Shown in pieces: positions 26,400 to 41,949 of a DNA stretch of 64,000 nucleotides. The translations under genes were made by a program, and so were the position numbers. Every line of letters starts with the position of its first letter. The stretch's first letter is position 1. Under the pieces are notes generated by a model. It was not told the origin of the DNA and searched no databases. It worked only from the letters and a program-made list of their open reading frames with translations. This DNA is from the human T2T-CHM13v2.0 reference genome, Homo sapiens. The DNA lies in assembly GCF_009914755.1 (NCBI RefSeq), contig NC_060925.1; one strand, written 5' to 3'.

Positions 26400-28325
26400 T
26401 GTTTTTTTTAAAAACGGATTTTAACATAATTACTATGTGTACATAGACAATTAAGAATAGGGAAAAACCCCAAATTAATGTTTTAACAAGTTACAAGCTG
26501 TTACTAAAGACAATATCCTTGGATTTAAAAAAAAAAAAAAGAGTACAATAGAGGAAGTCTCTCATTCAACCGAGCAGTTTAACCAATCTCTTTTAATAAA
26601 TCCAGCACATTACAGTGGTATAAATTTATCTTTTTTAACACTCCACATAAAAACATGTGTCCTCTCTTACATTTAATCATTAGTAGTCTCTAAAATGGTA
26701 AAATAAATTGAATTTACATTAGCAAATGAAAGTGCAAATTTGTACAGCTAGGCTCAGCAGCAAAAGTGAAGAATAAGAATGAAAGGTGAAAAGCTGGTGG
26801 ATGCCATGCAGAGCGAGGACTTCCATAAAGGTCTGTGCCCTGCGGCCAAACACAGTCAACACACCACCATTTTCTTGTTGCTCTTAAATGAGCAAAACCA
26901 AATTTCTTTTTTATTTAATGAAATATTAAATCTTTATTTCCCCCTAACATAATTTGTGATCAAGTAGGACAGAGGTAAGTCCCACCATCACTGGGGACAG
27001 TAGCAACACACAGACTTCAGAAACAGCCTTGAATCATCAGTAACATCCTCCCCTGGTAACGTTAGAAGGAATGCATCTAATGACAAATTTGCAATGTTGT
27101 CACATTGTTCTAATTTATTTGATTAGTTTATCTGGAAAAACTTTACACATTATTGAAGACAACAGTAAATTATTTTCTTGCTCTGAAAAAATAATGTTTT
27201 TTCACATTTTAAAACCTTTTAGTATGCTTTTGCAAAAGTAGTTGCAAGAATATGACAGCTGGGTTTGCAGAATGTCCATGTACAAGTTTGTATTTATAAG
27301 AAACTGGTAATCTGCCTATAATTTGCCTCTACAAATAGAGCTCTTTAAAATAATATTTTTAAAAAAACAGGCTTAAACTTTTCCCTATTCATTCTACTTG
27401 TAGCAAAGAGGTACTTACTTTTCAAGTATTACATGGTAAAAGGCACAAGTTTTTTTTGCCAATTTTAAGCTGTTAAGCTTTAAGACCAAACTATGTGAAA
27501 AAAAATCATGCCTAGTCAATCCTAGTCAATCATTTTATAGCCAAATCCTCTTGTCTTTTAAATAACGCAGAAAAATACTAATTTGCTAAGAAGGAGCACA
27601 CTGGAAAAAGCCATTTGAAAGTACTGAAGAATGAGGAGTATTTTTTTTCTACTGATGAAAATTATTAGGAAAGCTATCCTGTCTGTTGTCTTTAGCTAGT
27701 TTAAATAAATCTTTTCAAAATGATGGTCAAGAAATCTTTAGAAAACTGGAAGAGGGGATGCTCTTTTATAGCATGAAAGGAATTCCATTAATTATAGAAA
27801 TTCTCGTTAAATTTTGACGTTGGTTCTTCAGAAAAAATACGCATTTAACTTCTGCAGTCTGTTGTGTTTGAACACCATCTACCTGAGCCAGGGGCCCAAG
27901 CGTTCCTTCATCATCAAAGGCCAAAACTGGATTCAAAGGAACTTCTGGGCTCTTACTGTTAGTGACATCTAATCTGGATGGTTTCGATCCAATGGGTAAA
28001 TTTATAATTTCTTCAAAATTTTCATTCTGAACAGAGATACTCCATTTTCATTTGGTTTTCCAAATTGGGGGTGCTCTCCACAGTCACTTTTGATTGGTGT
28101 GAGGTAACCACATATGGGCTGGCAACTGGTTCTCCATTTCCCAGAGCATTTGTTGTACACGGAAGTATAGATAGCTCTGTTCCTCCAGTGAGAGCTCCCT
28201 TGGCTATATCACCATTTCTCTGATCAATGGTTTTCTTATCTGTAGCTTCTGTTCTCCTGCTTCAGGGCTGTTTCTTATAGCAACCCTCATATTGTTCACC
28301 AAAGCACAATGCAGTCATATCATCT
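26400..28325 (-). pseudogene. Probable 5'-truncated processed pseudogene (C-terminal coding remnant plus AT-rich 3'UTR); parent gene not identified
   Basis: Minus strand gives a protein-like, interrupted frame (...ENFEEIINLPIGSKPSRLDVTNSKSPEVPLNPVLAFDDEGTLGPLAQVDGVQTQQTAEV), then about 1.4 kb of non-repeat UTR-like sequence; no introns; boundaries approximate. Confidence 0.6.
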
Positions 28326-28565
28326 GAGGACCCGGATCCAGGTGGGAATGGGAAGGTAAAGGACCACAGCTCTCAGGGGGTCTGCCTTAACCCAAAGGTA
28401 GATTTCAGTTTACAGATTAACTTCAAATGCACTAGTAAGTTTACTTATTATGTTTACTGCCTCCCCTTGCTGGAATGCAAGATCCATGAAGGCAGGGATT
28501 CTTTTCTGCTTTGTCATCATGTGACTCAAATTCCTCGAACAGTGCCTGGCACATACTAGCAGTTC

Positions 28566-28857
28566 TTTTTCTTTTTTTTTTTTTTTTGAGACAGAGTCTA
28601 GCTCTGTCGCCCAGGCTAGAGTGCAGTGGCACAATCTCGGCAACCTCCGTCTCCTGGGTTCAAGCAATTCTCCTGCCTCAGCCTCCCGAGTAGCTGGGAC
28701 TACAGGCGAGCACCACCACGCCCAGCTAATTTTTTTTTTAGTAGAGACAGGGTTTCACCATGTTGGCCAGGATGGTCTCAATCTCTTGATCTCATGATCC
28801 GCCTGCCTCGGACTCCCAAAGTGCTGGGATTACAGGTGTGAGCCACTGCGCCTGGCC
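28566..28857 (-). mobile_element. Alu (AluS)
   Basis: Reverse-complement dimer. Confidence 0.92.
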
Positions 28858-28892
28858 AATATTTAATGAATGAATCAGGTTAACAAAAATTA

Positions 28893-29870
<978 letters not shown>

Positions 29871-30911
29871 GAGACTCCATCTCAAAAAAAAAAAGCAATG
29901 TGGCAATGTCTAGTAAAATTGAGAATGTACCCAGTAATTTTTCTAGTTAAATAACCTACAGAAATTCTAAGGCAGGTGCCAAAGGAGACACCTAAAAGCT
30001 TTTCACTACAGCAATGTTTGTAATAGCAAAAAATACTATAAATAATTTAAATGTGCATCTCTGTAAGAATGAATAAATATACTAAGTAAAATGGATGCAT
30101 AAAATAGACTATTATAAAAATTAATGAGAATAAACTAAATTCTTATATTGGCATGAATAGTTCTAAAAAACAATGTAAGCAAAATGCAAAATAAAATGCA
30201 GGAATTTTATTAATGTAAAAATTTAAAATACTACTGTATATTGTTCAAGGATATCTATTAATATATTTGAATGTAAAAGTATAAAAAAAAGTAGTTGTCC
30301 ATGGAGAAGTAAAAGGATGTAAGACAGGAAATGAACAAAGCAGACAGATAAACAAAACAAAGAGGGAAAAAGAGACCAGCAAGATTTTCCCTGACATTAA
30401 ATACTAAAATAAAATACTTATGTCTGTATGTGGCTCAATATTGGCAGGGTAAAGTTTAAAGCTTTTTATTCTCAAGTTGATTGTAATCGTTGAGAGAACA
30501 AAGGAACACACTGGTGAGTTTAAAGCTTGGGCCTCTACCTGGCATGAGTAGCTGCTTTCCGCACCAAATCCAGAACATCTGTACTGGGGGTGTCTGACAC
30601 TTGCGTGCTCTCTCTCATTCTGACCCCTTCTTTCCCCTTACATATCATTTTTTTTCCTTTCTTCCTTCCCTTGGGTCTCTTACCACAAAAGCTCCGCACC
30701 AGACTGGGGTTCTGACACTAACTTGGCATGTGATTCTGGGCTGCCACCTCACCATTCTGAACCTCAGTGTTGTCCCCTCTAAACCTGGGAGAACACCCAT
30801 CCTGCCTGGAGGCAAGTATGGCTCGCTGTCAGTTCTCCTTTCTGCTGTTTCTCTATTCCAGCATCATCTCCAGCAGACTACAGGCATACAGAGCCTCCGC
30901 CTTAATCTCAC

Positions 30912-31025
30912 CTCTGCTCTTTGTCTCTGCTTCAGCTCCTGCTGGGCTGATTTCTGTTTGGCCTTCTCAACTCTGCTGACAGATTCTTTAACTTTGGTTT
31001 TTTCTTTACGTGCAGGTGGATCCAT
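30912..31025 (-). CDS. SVBP: SVBP first coding exon (join complement 30912-31025, 21903-21989; 66 aa)
   Basis: gccATGG Kozak, [38 protein letters not shown], donor GAG|GTGAGA; exon acceptor near 31062. Confidence 0.97.
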
Positions 31026-31601
31026 GGCTTGACTTCTGGATATTTCTTAGGAGGCTCTGATCTGGGTGGTACAGAAAGAGGCAGATCTTCAAAACAAAAC
31101 AAAACAAAAAATACCCTGCCAGTTACTCCTCTAATCCTTTAGCTCCGCCCCATCCTTTGCCAGGTGAGGCAGAGTGGTCTGGTGGCAAGGGCGCTGGATG
31201 TGGGGGAGTAGGAACCGAGTCCCAAGGCCACAACCTCGCTGGGTGTCCCTGGGCAAGTCTCCTCCCCACTTTGAGCCTTAGTTTTCTGTCTGCAAAATGG
31301 GTTAAGTGTTTTCCTGGCCTCCCTCCAGGAGCTGCTGTGTGCGGGTGAAATGCAAAGACCCCTGTGAAAGCGTTGCCCACTGTGCGGCGTGCGGCACCCA
31401 GCGCGGAACCGTCCTAATGGGACGCTGAGACCCAGAGGGCGCCCAGGGTTTTCCCACTGCGGCCGGCCTAACTCCGCCGCAGCAGCCGCTCCTGGGGCCA
31501 GGGGGCCGGGCCCCATAGCCAGCCGGGCCCGCCCCCCACCGCCCGGCCCCCCGACCCCGCCCCGGCCCGCCCGGCCCCAGGGGACGGCCCCCGCCTCCTG
31601 C

Positions 31602-31734
31602 CCTCTTCCCTCTCCTGGAGGAAAATGGCGGTCGCTGGAGCCGCCGACCAAGAGGCTTGGGAGTCTGTACCTTTCCCGACCGGGCCACTGGAAGTTGGAG
31701 CCTCCGCCGAGTCGCAGACAACGCCTCCGGGAGG
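31602..31734 (+). other. ERMAP: ERMAP distal non-coding exon 1 (TSS approximate)
   Basis: Plus-strand donor GAGG|GTAATC; recalled ERMAP isoform starting in the SVBP CpG island. Confidence 0.6.
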
Positions 31735-31870
31735 GTAATCCTCGCCTTCCCCCGACCACTGGACCCAGCGCTGCCTGCCCACCGCCCCTCGTCCTGGGCG
31801 GGGCCGCGCGCCGGGGGGAGGGGCGCAGGGCCGAGCGCCAGGAGGCTTCCGCCCGCAGGAGCGGCCGCGC
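31671..31870 (-). other. SVBP: SVBP non-coding exon 1 (TSS approximate)
   Basis: Minus-strand donor GAAAG|GTACAG at 31671/31670 within the CpG island. Confidence 0.6.
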
Positions 31871-32943
31871 GTGCGCAGAGAGGATGGCTGGAAACCCGCG
31901 TAGAGGGCGGGGCGGGGCAAGCCGGTGCCGGGGCGGGGCAGGGGCGGAGCCACACCGGGGTGGGTGGTGGTTACGGCTAACCAAAGCTTTTTCCCGTTAT
32001 ATTTTCTGCAACAGCTACTAGGTTTTAGAGGGTGAGATCCGAATCCTGGAATTGGAATTGCTCAGAATTCGAATTCCGAGGCTCAATTTCTTAATTCGAA
32101 AAGTGGGGATTGATGATTGCCACCTTCTTCATTCATGAGTTTATTGGGAGGATCAAGTGAGATCCCGTTTGCCACAGTGCTTTGAAAAAGGAAATCTTGA
32201 CAGAAGTACCAATAGCCAGTATAAATACAGAGAACATTCACGTTCAACTGATTACCGAGGAGATGTAAATTAAAATAGCTGGCTGTAATTTTCCAGGTAT
32301 TACATTAGCAAGGATTGACAAAAATGATAATAGCTACCTTACATTTGGGCTTACTATATTCCAGGCACTGTTCTTACAGCTTCACATTTATTAACTAATT
32401 CCTCATAATAAGTGTGTATAATGTATACGTGTATATTATTATCCCCATTTACACATAAGGGAACAGAAACATTGAAAAGTTAAGTGAGTTGTCCCGGGTC
32501 ACACAGCTTCTAAGTGCTGGAGCAAATATTTCAGCCAGGATTCATAGGACAATGGCCTTATCCAAAGTAAAACCCTGTTTGGGTCCACTATTTGTTCCTC
32601 TATCAAACTGGCAAGAATTGAAACAACTGATAGATGCTAAGCAAGCAATGAACTCAGCCCAGATGGACACACGCTTCCAGTCAAACTGTAAATCGTTAAC
32701 AGCCTTTCTGGAGGTCAGTTTAGTACTAGGTATCAAAAGCCTTAAAAGTGAGCACAATGCCCCAAAAAGACAAATACTGCATGTTTCCATTCATATGAAG
32801 TATCTAAAGCAATCAAAGTCTAAGAAACAGAAAGTAGAATGGTGACTGCCAGTGGCTAGGACAGAGGGAAAAGAGGAATTGTTTAAAGGGTATAGAATTT
32901 TAGGTTTGTAAGGTGAAAAAGTTCTAGAGATCTACTGCACAAT

Positions 32944-33306
<363 letters not shown>

Positions 33307-33648
33307 TAAATGTCTTTTTAAAAACCCTATACAAATGCTGATTCGATTATTATTAATAAAAGTAACCAAGTCAGAGTCTATTTCAGAAATCTTGATGTAG
33401 TACTGGTATTTTACATTTGTGTCACATGGTATGGTTTATAACGTTCATATAAGCTATGAACTAGATTACAGCTGAAGACACGGCAGGACCTTTAGAAGCC
33501 AGCTAAAAACAAACCAGCTATAGGGAATGGAGGAGTGGAAAAGCCACATGGAAGACTGGAAAAGTAGTGGTGCCACTGAGCCACTGTTGAAAGTGGAGAA
33601 GGTGTGATGAGTTGGTTTGGGAAACGGTGAGGAAGAGGATAAGTTAGG

Positions 33649-33651
<3 letters not shown>

Positions 33652-33682
<31 letters not shown>
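33652..33682. repeat. (GT)n microsatellite
   Basis: Direct inspection. Confidence 0.95.
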
Positions 33683-33684
<2 letters not shown>

Positions 33685-34851
33685 CGCGCGCAAGAGAGGG
33701 ACCGAGAGAGAGAAAGAGCTAGATTACGCTTCAAGTGGCAATAGGCAAGAAGAATTGTCCAGTGAGCAATTAGAAGATTTCAGAAAAGAACGGAACTGGA
33801 GATACCAGTTTGGGATTCTACATTCTTTATTGGGAAGGTGAAGGTTGGAGCCAGGAGGGAGTGAATGTTGAGGCTGAACACTGTCAAAGTCCCCTCTCTA
33901 TTCTTTCCATGAGTTTATGCTTTGTCTGTCTCTTTTGTGTCTACCAGTGGACTCTTGGCCAGGCTGCAGAATTTCCTGGTTTGTTGAATGACTAGCAAGA
34001 GTTTATAGTAATATAACTAGAATATTTTTACAGTTGAGGTATATACTACACTAAGATTATATTCACTTTATTGAATAATATTTTTTCTAGAGTCAAAAAA
34101 TTATCTATTTTTATTTGCTTAATGATCTATGCATCCCTTGTTTATTTTTTATTTTCAGAGGTGGGCTCAAGTGATCCTCCCGCTTCAGCCCCTCAGTGGC
34201 TGGTACTACAGATGTGAACCAGGTCATTTACCAGTGTCTTTTTTTTTTTTCTTGGCAGCATCCCTCCTTAGACTCATCCTCTCTTTGCTCCAAACTCCTC
34301 TGCTTAGCCTTGCTTCACAGCTCTTGTCCTAGGATTAGGGACCTAACTACATTCTGGGGATTCTCTTCTTGTTTCTCCTGTGCCAAATCCCCTGCTCTCT
34401 GGATCTTATGTTTTTCCATTCTTGGTTTATTCTCTCATTTTGGAGGAGTATGTTCTCCACTAACTCCCCAGAAGGGGTTCATGGAAGCTAAATTTTTGAG
34501 TCCTTGCTTGTCTAAAAATGGCTTTATTTTCTTTCATCCTTGAGTGACAGATTTCCACATTGGAAATTATTTTCCCTCAGAAGTTTAACGGCATTGATTC
34601 ATTGTCATCTAGCTTCTCATGTGGCTACTCTTGAGGAGACTGATTTATTCTGACTTGTGTTACTTCCCATATATTTTGTTTGTTAATTTGTTAATTTGTT
34701 TAGGATATTTTTCTCCTTTATCCTTGATGTTCTGAACGTTCATAACAAACTGTCCTTTAAGTATTTTTCATTCATTATGCTAAGCACTCGGTGGCCCCTT
34801 TCAATTGGGAAACAAAGTCTTCAATTCTGGGAAACGTTCTCTGTGATCAGT

Positions 34852-34998
34852 TTCTCTTTTTTTTTTTTTTTTTTAACAAATAGAGACAGGGTCTCCCTAT
34901 GTTGGCCAGGCTAGTCTTGAACTCCTGGCTTCAAGTGATCCTCCTGCCTCAGCCTCCCAAAGTACTCAGATTACAGGCATGAGCTGCTGCACCCAGCC
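34852..34998 (-). mobile_element. Alu monomer (FLAM-like)
   Basis: Poly-T plus left-monomer reverse complement. Confidence 0.8.
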
Positions 34999-36202
34999 AG
35001 TTTCCCTGTTTTTAAATTTTTCTTCATGTTCCATTTCCTGGTTTTGTTTATTCTAATTTACAAGAGATTTTCCTGAGCTGTATCCCCTGGTTCTTCTATT
35101 GAATTTTTTCATTTCTGCTACAAAAATGTTAATTTCCAAGAGTTTTTGTTTGATCCCCGACTTTCCTTTTTGGTAGCCTCTTGCTCTTACGTTGTGGATT
35201 CAGGATCTTCTCTTATTTCATATTTCTGAGGATTCCAGTTGTAATTTTCTGCTGTTTTCTTCTGCTTCCTAGATTGTCTCTGTTGTTTATTTTGGTCTCT
35301 GGCTTTCAAGTTGGAGCTTATCCTCAGACAATAACAGCTACCATTGAGTATCAGCCCCTATTTTAAGTATTTTGCATGTTTTAGCTAATTTAATCCTTAC
35401 AACAACCCCGGGAGGTAGAGCCAGGCCCTGGTCCCTCCCATCCCAAGCCTGGAAGGTTCTCAGTTGAGAATCAGCTTTCTTCTTGCTGATGTCAAGGGTT
35501 GATGTCAGGAACCCTTTATCTGATGTTTCCCCCAATCCTGCCTCCCTCTGCAGGCACCTGGGTTAGAGTTCAGTTTTTCCTAGCTCTATTACTAGTGAGC
35601 CCTCTGCTTTCCTTCATTAAAGAAATGTATTGACATCTCTATTGCACAGTTACTTACTGTCCTGTTCTCTTTGTCCTTATAGGCTTTTCCTTTTGCACTC
35701 CAAGATTGTCATTTTAGATCATTTTGGGAGGTAACAGAGATAAGCATTTGTGTTCAATGAGACATGTTTATTTAACTGGAAATCTAGAGCTCCCTCTTTT
35801 TAAGTCAGGAAGCATATAGACCAAAAAAATTACAGTGATTATTACTGGATTCTGAGATTACGATTATGAGTGATATCTTTATCTATGTCTGTATCTGTTT
35901 TTCTCACTCATAGAGTTAGAAGTCTAAAAAGAACATTTCAGATAAGAAACTCATTTTATGATGTGATTTAGACTATCTGATAAAATGCTTCTGGAGAAAG
36001 CAGTAAAAATATTAATTATGACAAGTTATAAATTGGTACAATTACTTTGGAAAACAATTTAGTATCATCTATAACCTGGCAATACTACTTCTAGGTATAT
36101 ATTCTGAGAAACGCTTTACATTTAAAAATTATTGAGGACCTCAGGGAGCTTCAGTTTATATGAGTTATATTTTTTGAAATTTTCCATATTAAAAATTAAA
36201 AC

Positions 36203-36502
36203 TGACTGGGTGTGGTGGTTCATGCCTGTAATCCAGCATTTTGGGAGGCCAAGGTGCGAGGATCACTTTAGGCCAGGAGTTTGAGACCAGCCTGGGCAAC
36301 GTAGTAAGACCCCATCTCTACAAAAAAATTTTTAAAAATAGCTGGGCTTGGTGGCATGCACCTGTAGTCCTAGCTACTAGGGAGACTGAGGCAAGAGGAT
36401 CACTTGAGCCTAGGAGTTCAAGGCTGCAGTGAGCTATGATTGTGCCTTTGCACTCCAGCCTGGGCAACAGAGCTAGACCCTAGCTCTAAAAAAAAAAAAA
36501 AA
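36203..36502 (+). mobile_element. Alu (AluJ)
   Basis: Full dimer. Confidence 0.9.
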
Positions 36503-36654
36503 GAAAACTAAGAAAAATTAAATATAATTACTACTTTTAAAAATAAAAATAATAAATTATATAACAACAAAACATATATTTATGAAAAGCAACTTTTTTG
36601 AAACAAAAATATTACTGAGTAGCACTGCTTTATATTTATATAAATCCTTTTTAA

Positions 36655-36957
<303 letters not shown>

Positions 36958-36959
36958 CT

Positions 36960-37445
36960 AATTAATTTTTAATTGACACATATGGTACATATTTATGGGG
37001 TACAGAGTAATATTTTGATACATACAATGTGTAGTGATCAGATCAGGGTAATTGGCATATTCATCTCAAACATTTATCATTTCTGTGTTTTGGGGACATT
37101 CAGTATCCTTTCTTCTTTATTTGAAACTACATAATATATTATTGTTAACTATGGTCATCCTACAGTGCTATAAAACAGTAGAAGTTGTTCCTCCTACCTA
37201 GCTGTAATTTTGTGTTATTGAACAAATCTCTCCCTATCCTCCCCTTCCCTCTCCAGCCTCTAGTAACCTCTGTTCTGCTTTTCACTTCTATGAGATTAAC
37301 TTTTTCTTTTTTTTTAACATCTAACTATGAGTGAGAACATGTGGTGTTTAACTTTCTGTGCCTGACTTATTTCATATAACGTAATGTTTTCTAGTTCCAT
37401 CCATGTCACTTTGAATGATGGGATTTTATTCTTTTTAATGGCTAT
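36960..37445 (-). mobile_element. L1M 3' end fragment
   Basis: tacatatttatggggtaca...atgagtgagaacatgtggtg...tagttccatccatgtc motifs. Confidence 0.8.
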
Positions 37446-38536
37446 AAATATTTTAGATGTCTGGCTTAATAGAAGACAGCTGTATTCTCAAGCCAGCTAT
37501 ATCTTTCAATCTGCTGCAGTATGTTTTGTGGTTGAAGTGTATGCAATTGGAAAAGGAGCATTTCAGTAGCTTTTTCAGATAATCGTGGATATTCTTTGAT
37601 AAGACACCAAAACTCAGCAAGTGGTAGTTTTTTAAAGCTTAGTTGTGACATGAAATCTGAAACCATAGCAATGACCTTTTTATACTCTATTACAGCAACA
37701 CTCACAGTTTTTTCTTGCATTTTAAATGAATGTTTTACCCATGCAGGGTTTTGTCAACACACCCATTGGTCATTTGGAAATTGCTGAGTCACTGAGTTTT
37801 ACAGATCTTCTAAATGTTGACACATTTCATTATACAACATCAAAAAATCACATTTATTAATATCAATGCCAATCTCATCAGAAAAGTCTTTTGCTATTGT
37901 GAGGGTATCAAGCAGCAGATAAAAATTTTCCAAAATTCTAATTTTTGCTCAAAAGATTGAATGTTCTCATTGACAACAAACACTGTCAGTTGCTTTTCCT
38001 GAAGTGACAGGTGCACTTTATTCATTTTGGAGAAAATGCCTGCCAAATACCCAAGTCTGAATAATTATACTTTGTCTTTCAGCTGTACTTTCAGGTAAGA
38101 ATGGTGCTCCATGAGTCAAGCGATTACTTCAGCTCACAACTCAATCACTTAAGGTTTTTTCCTCGATAAAGTCATCATACTTTGATATGCAGCGTAACTG
38201 TTTATGCATCCTTCCCATTTTGTCACACAAACTATTAAAAAGATGTGTATCTAAGAGTTGAAATTTAATAAAATTTGTAACTTCTACTACAGTTTGGTGC
38301 CACTTCCTGATTTGTGCTAGCTGTTTTACCCACTATTGCTTTTGCAGTGTCCTTGAAAATGTCAATACCGTGAAAAAGGCAAATAACGTCTTTATTATGA
38401 TGAATGTAGTTTTAACCTGGATGATAGGGCCTCAGGGACTTCAAGTGTTTGTGGACCACACATTAAGAACTGGTGCTCTAGAGAAATTCTTGCACATGTG
38501 AGCAGGAAATACCTATCAAGAATGTTCAGGGCACGA

Positions 38537-38927
<391 letters not shown>

Positions 38928-39644
38928 TTATATAATGGTCTACTATATAGCAGTGAATGAATATCCTAGTGCTCTGTGAAACAACCTGGATTAATTTCAG
39001 TGTCTTAATTTGTACACCCCCAGAACAGAGTGTGAGGTGTGAGACAAGTACTTCAGTTCAAGAGTGTATTTAGGAGGTAATCCCAGGAAGCAGAAATGGG
39101 AATGAGCAAAAAAGGAAGAAAAGTCAATAAAAGGTGCAGTACGGAGCTACTTACCACTATGAACCACCGTGCTCACTCCCATTGGGAACACTCAGAGGAA
39201 TCATGTCGAATACAGCTCAGAGCTGAAGGTGCAAGCCTGGAGCATTTTGTCTTGACTCCTCTCACTGTTGTTTATGTCTCCGAGGTGTTAGCTTTGGTGA
39301 ACTCCTGGGCTGCACAGCCTTCCAAGGCTTTGTAGAAAGCCCCAAGACAGGCAAGCAGAAAAATGCCATGGCCTATGAGGTGACATGCTAGCAGCTTGCC
39401 TGCAAGTCTCAGCTACACCAAAATTGGGTGGGCTGAGGGGACATGGTGTGGGCCACCACAGATGTCTGCTAGACTCAGAAGCTAATGTTGAATAAAAAAA
39501 GGGAATAATTGGGAATTATGTACAATGGGCTCCATCTTTATAAAGTTCAAAGGACATAAAAATGTGTAATGTATTGTTAATGATATAATTATGGAGATTA
39601 TGAACATACAGCTAAGGATATTATGAAAGCAAGACAGGCGGGAA

Positions 39645-40098
39645 GCGTTTATCACATGTTGGAAAACAGCAAGCTTGCTTATCAGAAGGCACATGTCAGG
39701 GTGTAGCTGGAGATAAAGATAGTGAGTTAAAGAAGGTGGTTAATTGGTGGATGTCTTTGAAACCAATCTTCCAATTTACTCTGATTTGAAAAGTAAAGGG
39801 GGAAGGTTTTCAGAAAGAATGTGATAGGATCAAAACGCATCAGAGGGAATTACTATTGGCAGCATTGGAGGAAAAGGGAGTGGAGGGGCAAACGTGCCTC
39901 CTACCCGGTCAGTCATACTCAGTGGTTCCCTCATTTTTGGGAGCCTCCTCTTTGCTCTGTTCTTTTATCAGGGGCATACAGACAGGGTGTGGCTTGCTGG
40001 TTTACAGGGACAGCGAGAAGGGAGTTCTGTGGGGGCAGAGAGAGCCCTGGCCTCTCATATTTCATAAAATATGAACTTTTCCCGGCCCACATCCCTAG
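39645..40098 (+). promoter_or_regulatory. ERMAP: Candidate erythroid proximal promoter of ERMAP (GATA1, TAL1-GATA, KLF1, ATA box)
   Basis: WGATAA at 39649, 39679, 39711 and 39965; CTG-N8-TGATAA on the minus strand at 39965-39981; CCACACCCT (minus) at 39984-39992; CATAAAA at 40063-40069. Confidence 0.72.
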
Positions 40099-40214
40099 GC
40101 CTTCCTGATGCGCTTGCCTGCTCCCTGGTCTCTCTGCATGGGGAAGGAGTGTTCCCAGCTTGCAAACTCCAGCTTTGCCTGTGAGAGGAACAAGCGTCCC
40201 TGATCCAGAAGGTG
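40099..40214 (+). other. ERMAP: ERMAP 5'UTR exon (116 nt)
   Basis: catccctag|G acceptor and GTG|GTGAGT donor. Confidence 0.78.
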
Positions 40215-41051
40215 GTGAGTCCTCCTCTCTCTCTTCATGCTTTTTAGTCCTTTAACTTTCTCAGGATCCTCAGGTTTAGTAGAGAAATAATCCCCTTTCT
40301 CCTTACGCACAAGAACATTTTCAAGGGTGAAATGGGGCAGTTGTTAGCTATCACTAAAGAAACACAAAAGGAGACAAGTGACAAGATTGCTGGATGGGTT
40401 TTGTTGAAGTACTCTTATTTAAGTAGTATTGTCATCATTATTAAATTAAAGCCAACATTTATTTAGCTCTTACTATTTGCTGGACGCTGTGCTGTGTGCT
40501 TTTAGACTGATCAATTGCAGATTTGCAGGGTCATATTAAACTGCTTGGGACTGTCAAGAGAACATCTGTTACAATCTTTTTTCTGATTTAGAAGTTTTAA
40601 AAATTAAACTGTTTCAAACTTAAAATGTAAATAACTGCCATGTTTCCAACATGTGTAGTGGAAAAAAATGGTTAGTATATGCAGAATTTTGCAAACCATT
40701 AAGAAATAAATGTCCCAATAGATAAACGAGCAAATTACATAGACAGGTAATTGACAAAGTCCAAATAACCAGTGAGTAATCAAAGAAATACAAATTGAAA
40801 TGAATCACCATCAAACAAAAAAAAAGGGATGGCATTTTGTTACTCATGAAATTGGCAAATTTTTTTTTAAATGATAATATCCAGTGATGGTAAGGTTGTG
40901 GGAAAACAAGAAATTTCATAGGATACTTTGGTAAGTTGATATGACTTTCTGGAGGGCAATTTGTCAGTGCAGATGAAAAGTCTTCCCATTTTAAAGATGG
41001 GAAACTTAAGGCCTAAGAATCTAAGTGACTTGCTTAAAGTTACAAAGTCAT

Positions 41052-41348
<297 letters not shown>

Positions 41349-41643
41349 TTACAAAATCACAGAGCAGTAAGGGACCAAGCCAAGACTAGGACTAAGCCAT
41401 CTGATTCTAGCCCTCAATCCACTGTCACTTATAGCAATGTTTATAATAGCGATGTATTGGAAAACAACCTAAATGTCCTCAATATAGAATTATTTTAAAG
41501 CTTTTACATCTTATATCCTAACTTCTAAAATTCTATGTCCATGATGGAATCCTAAAGTCATGTAAAGAAGATTTGATTGCCTTGGGAAATGCACATAATG
41601 TAGCACTTGGTAAAAATATCAGGTATCAAAACAGTATATAAAG

Positions 41644-41949
41644 TATTTATTTACTTATTTATTTAAGACAGGGTCTTGCTCTGTCATCCAGACTGGAGTG
41701 CAGGGGCGTGATCATGGCTCACTGCAGCCTTAACCTCCTGGGCTCAGGTAATCCTCCTACCTCAGCCTCCCAAGTAGCTGGGACCACAGGCACATACCAC
41801 CACAGCCAGTTGATTTATTTTTATATTTTTTTGTAGCAACAGGGATTTGCCATGTTGCCCAGGCTGGTCTCAAACTCCTGGGCTCAAGCAATCTTCCCAC
41901 CTCTACCTCAAAGTGCTGGGATTACAGGCGTGAGCCACTGTGCCCAGTC
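41644..41949 (-). mobile_element. Alu (AluJ)
   Basis: Reverse-complement dimer. Confidence 0.9.

Larger units (their letters stand above)
31380..31990. promoter_or_regulatory. CpG island: bidirectional SVBP / ERMAP distal promoter with clustered GC boxes
   Basis: Very high GC and CpG density; GGGCGG repeats at 31904-31950; opposite-strand donors at 31670 (minus) and 31735 (plus). Confidence 0.9.

Noticed and set aside
31139-32021. Long overlapping ORFs (281, 217, 210, 161 aa) on both strands
   Set aside because: Pro/Gly/Arg/Ala-rich frames are expected in a stop-poor CpG island; no domain signal.
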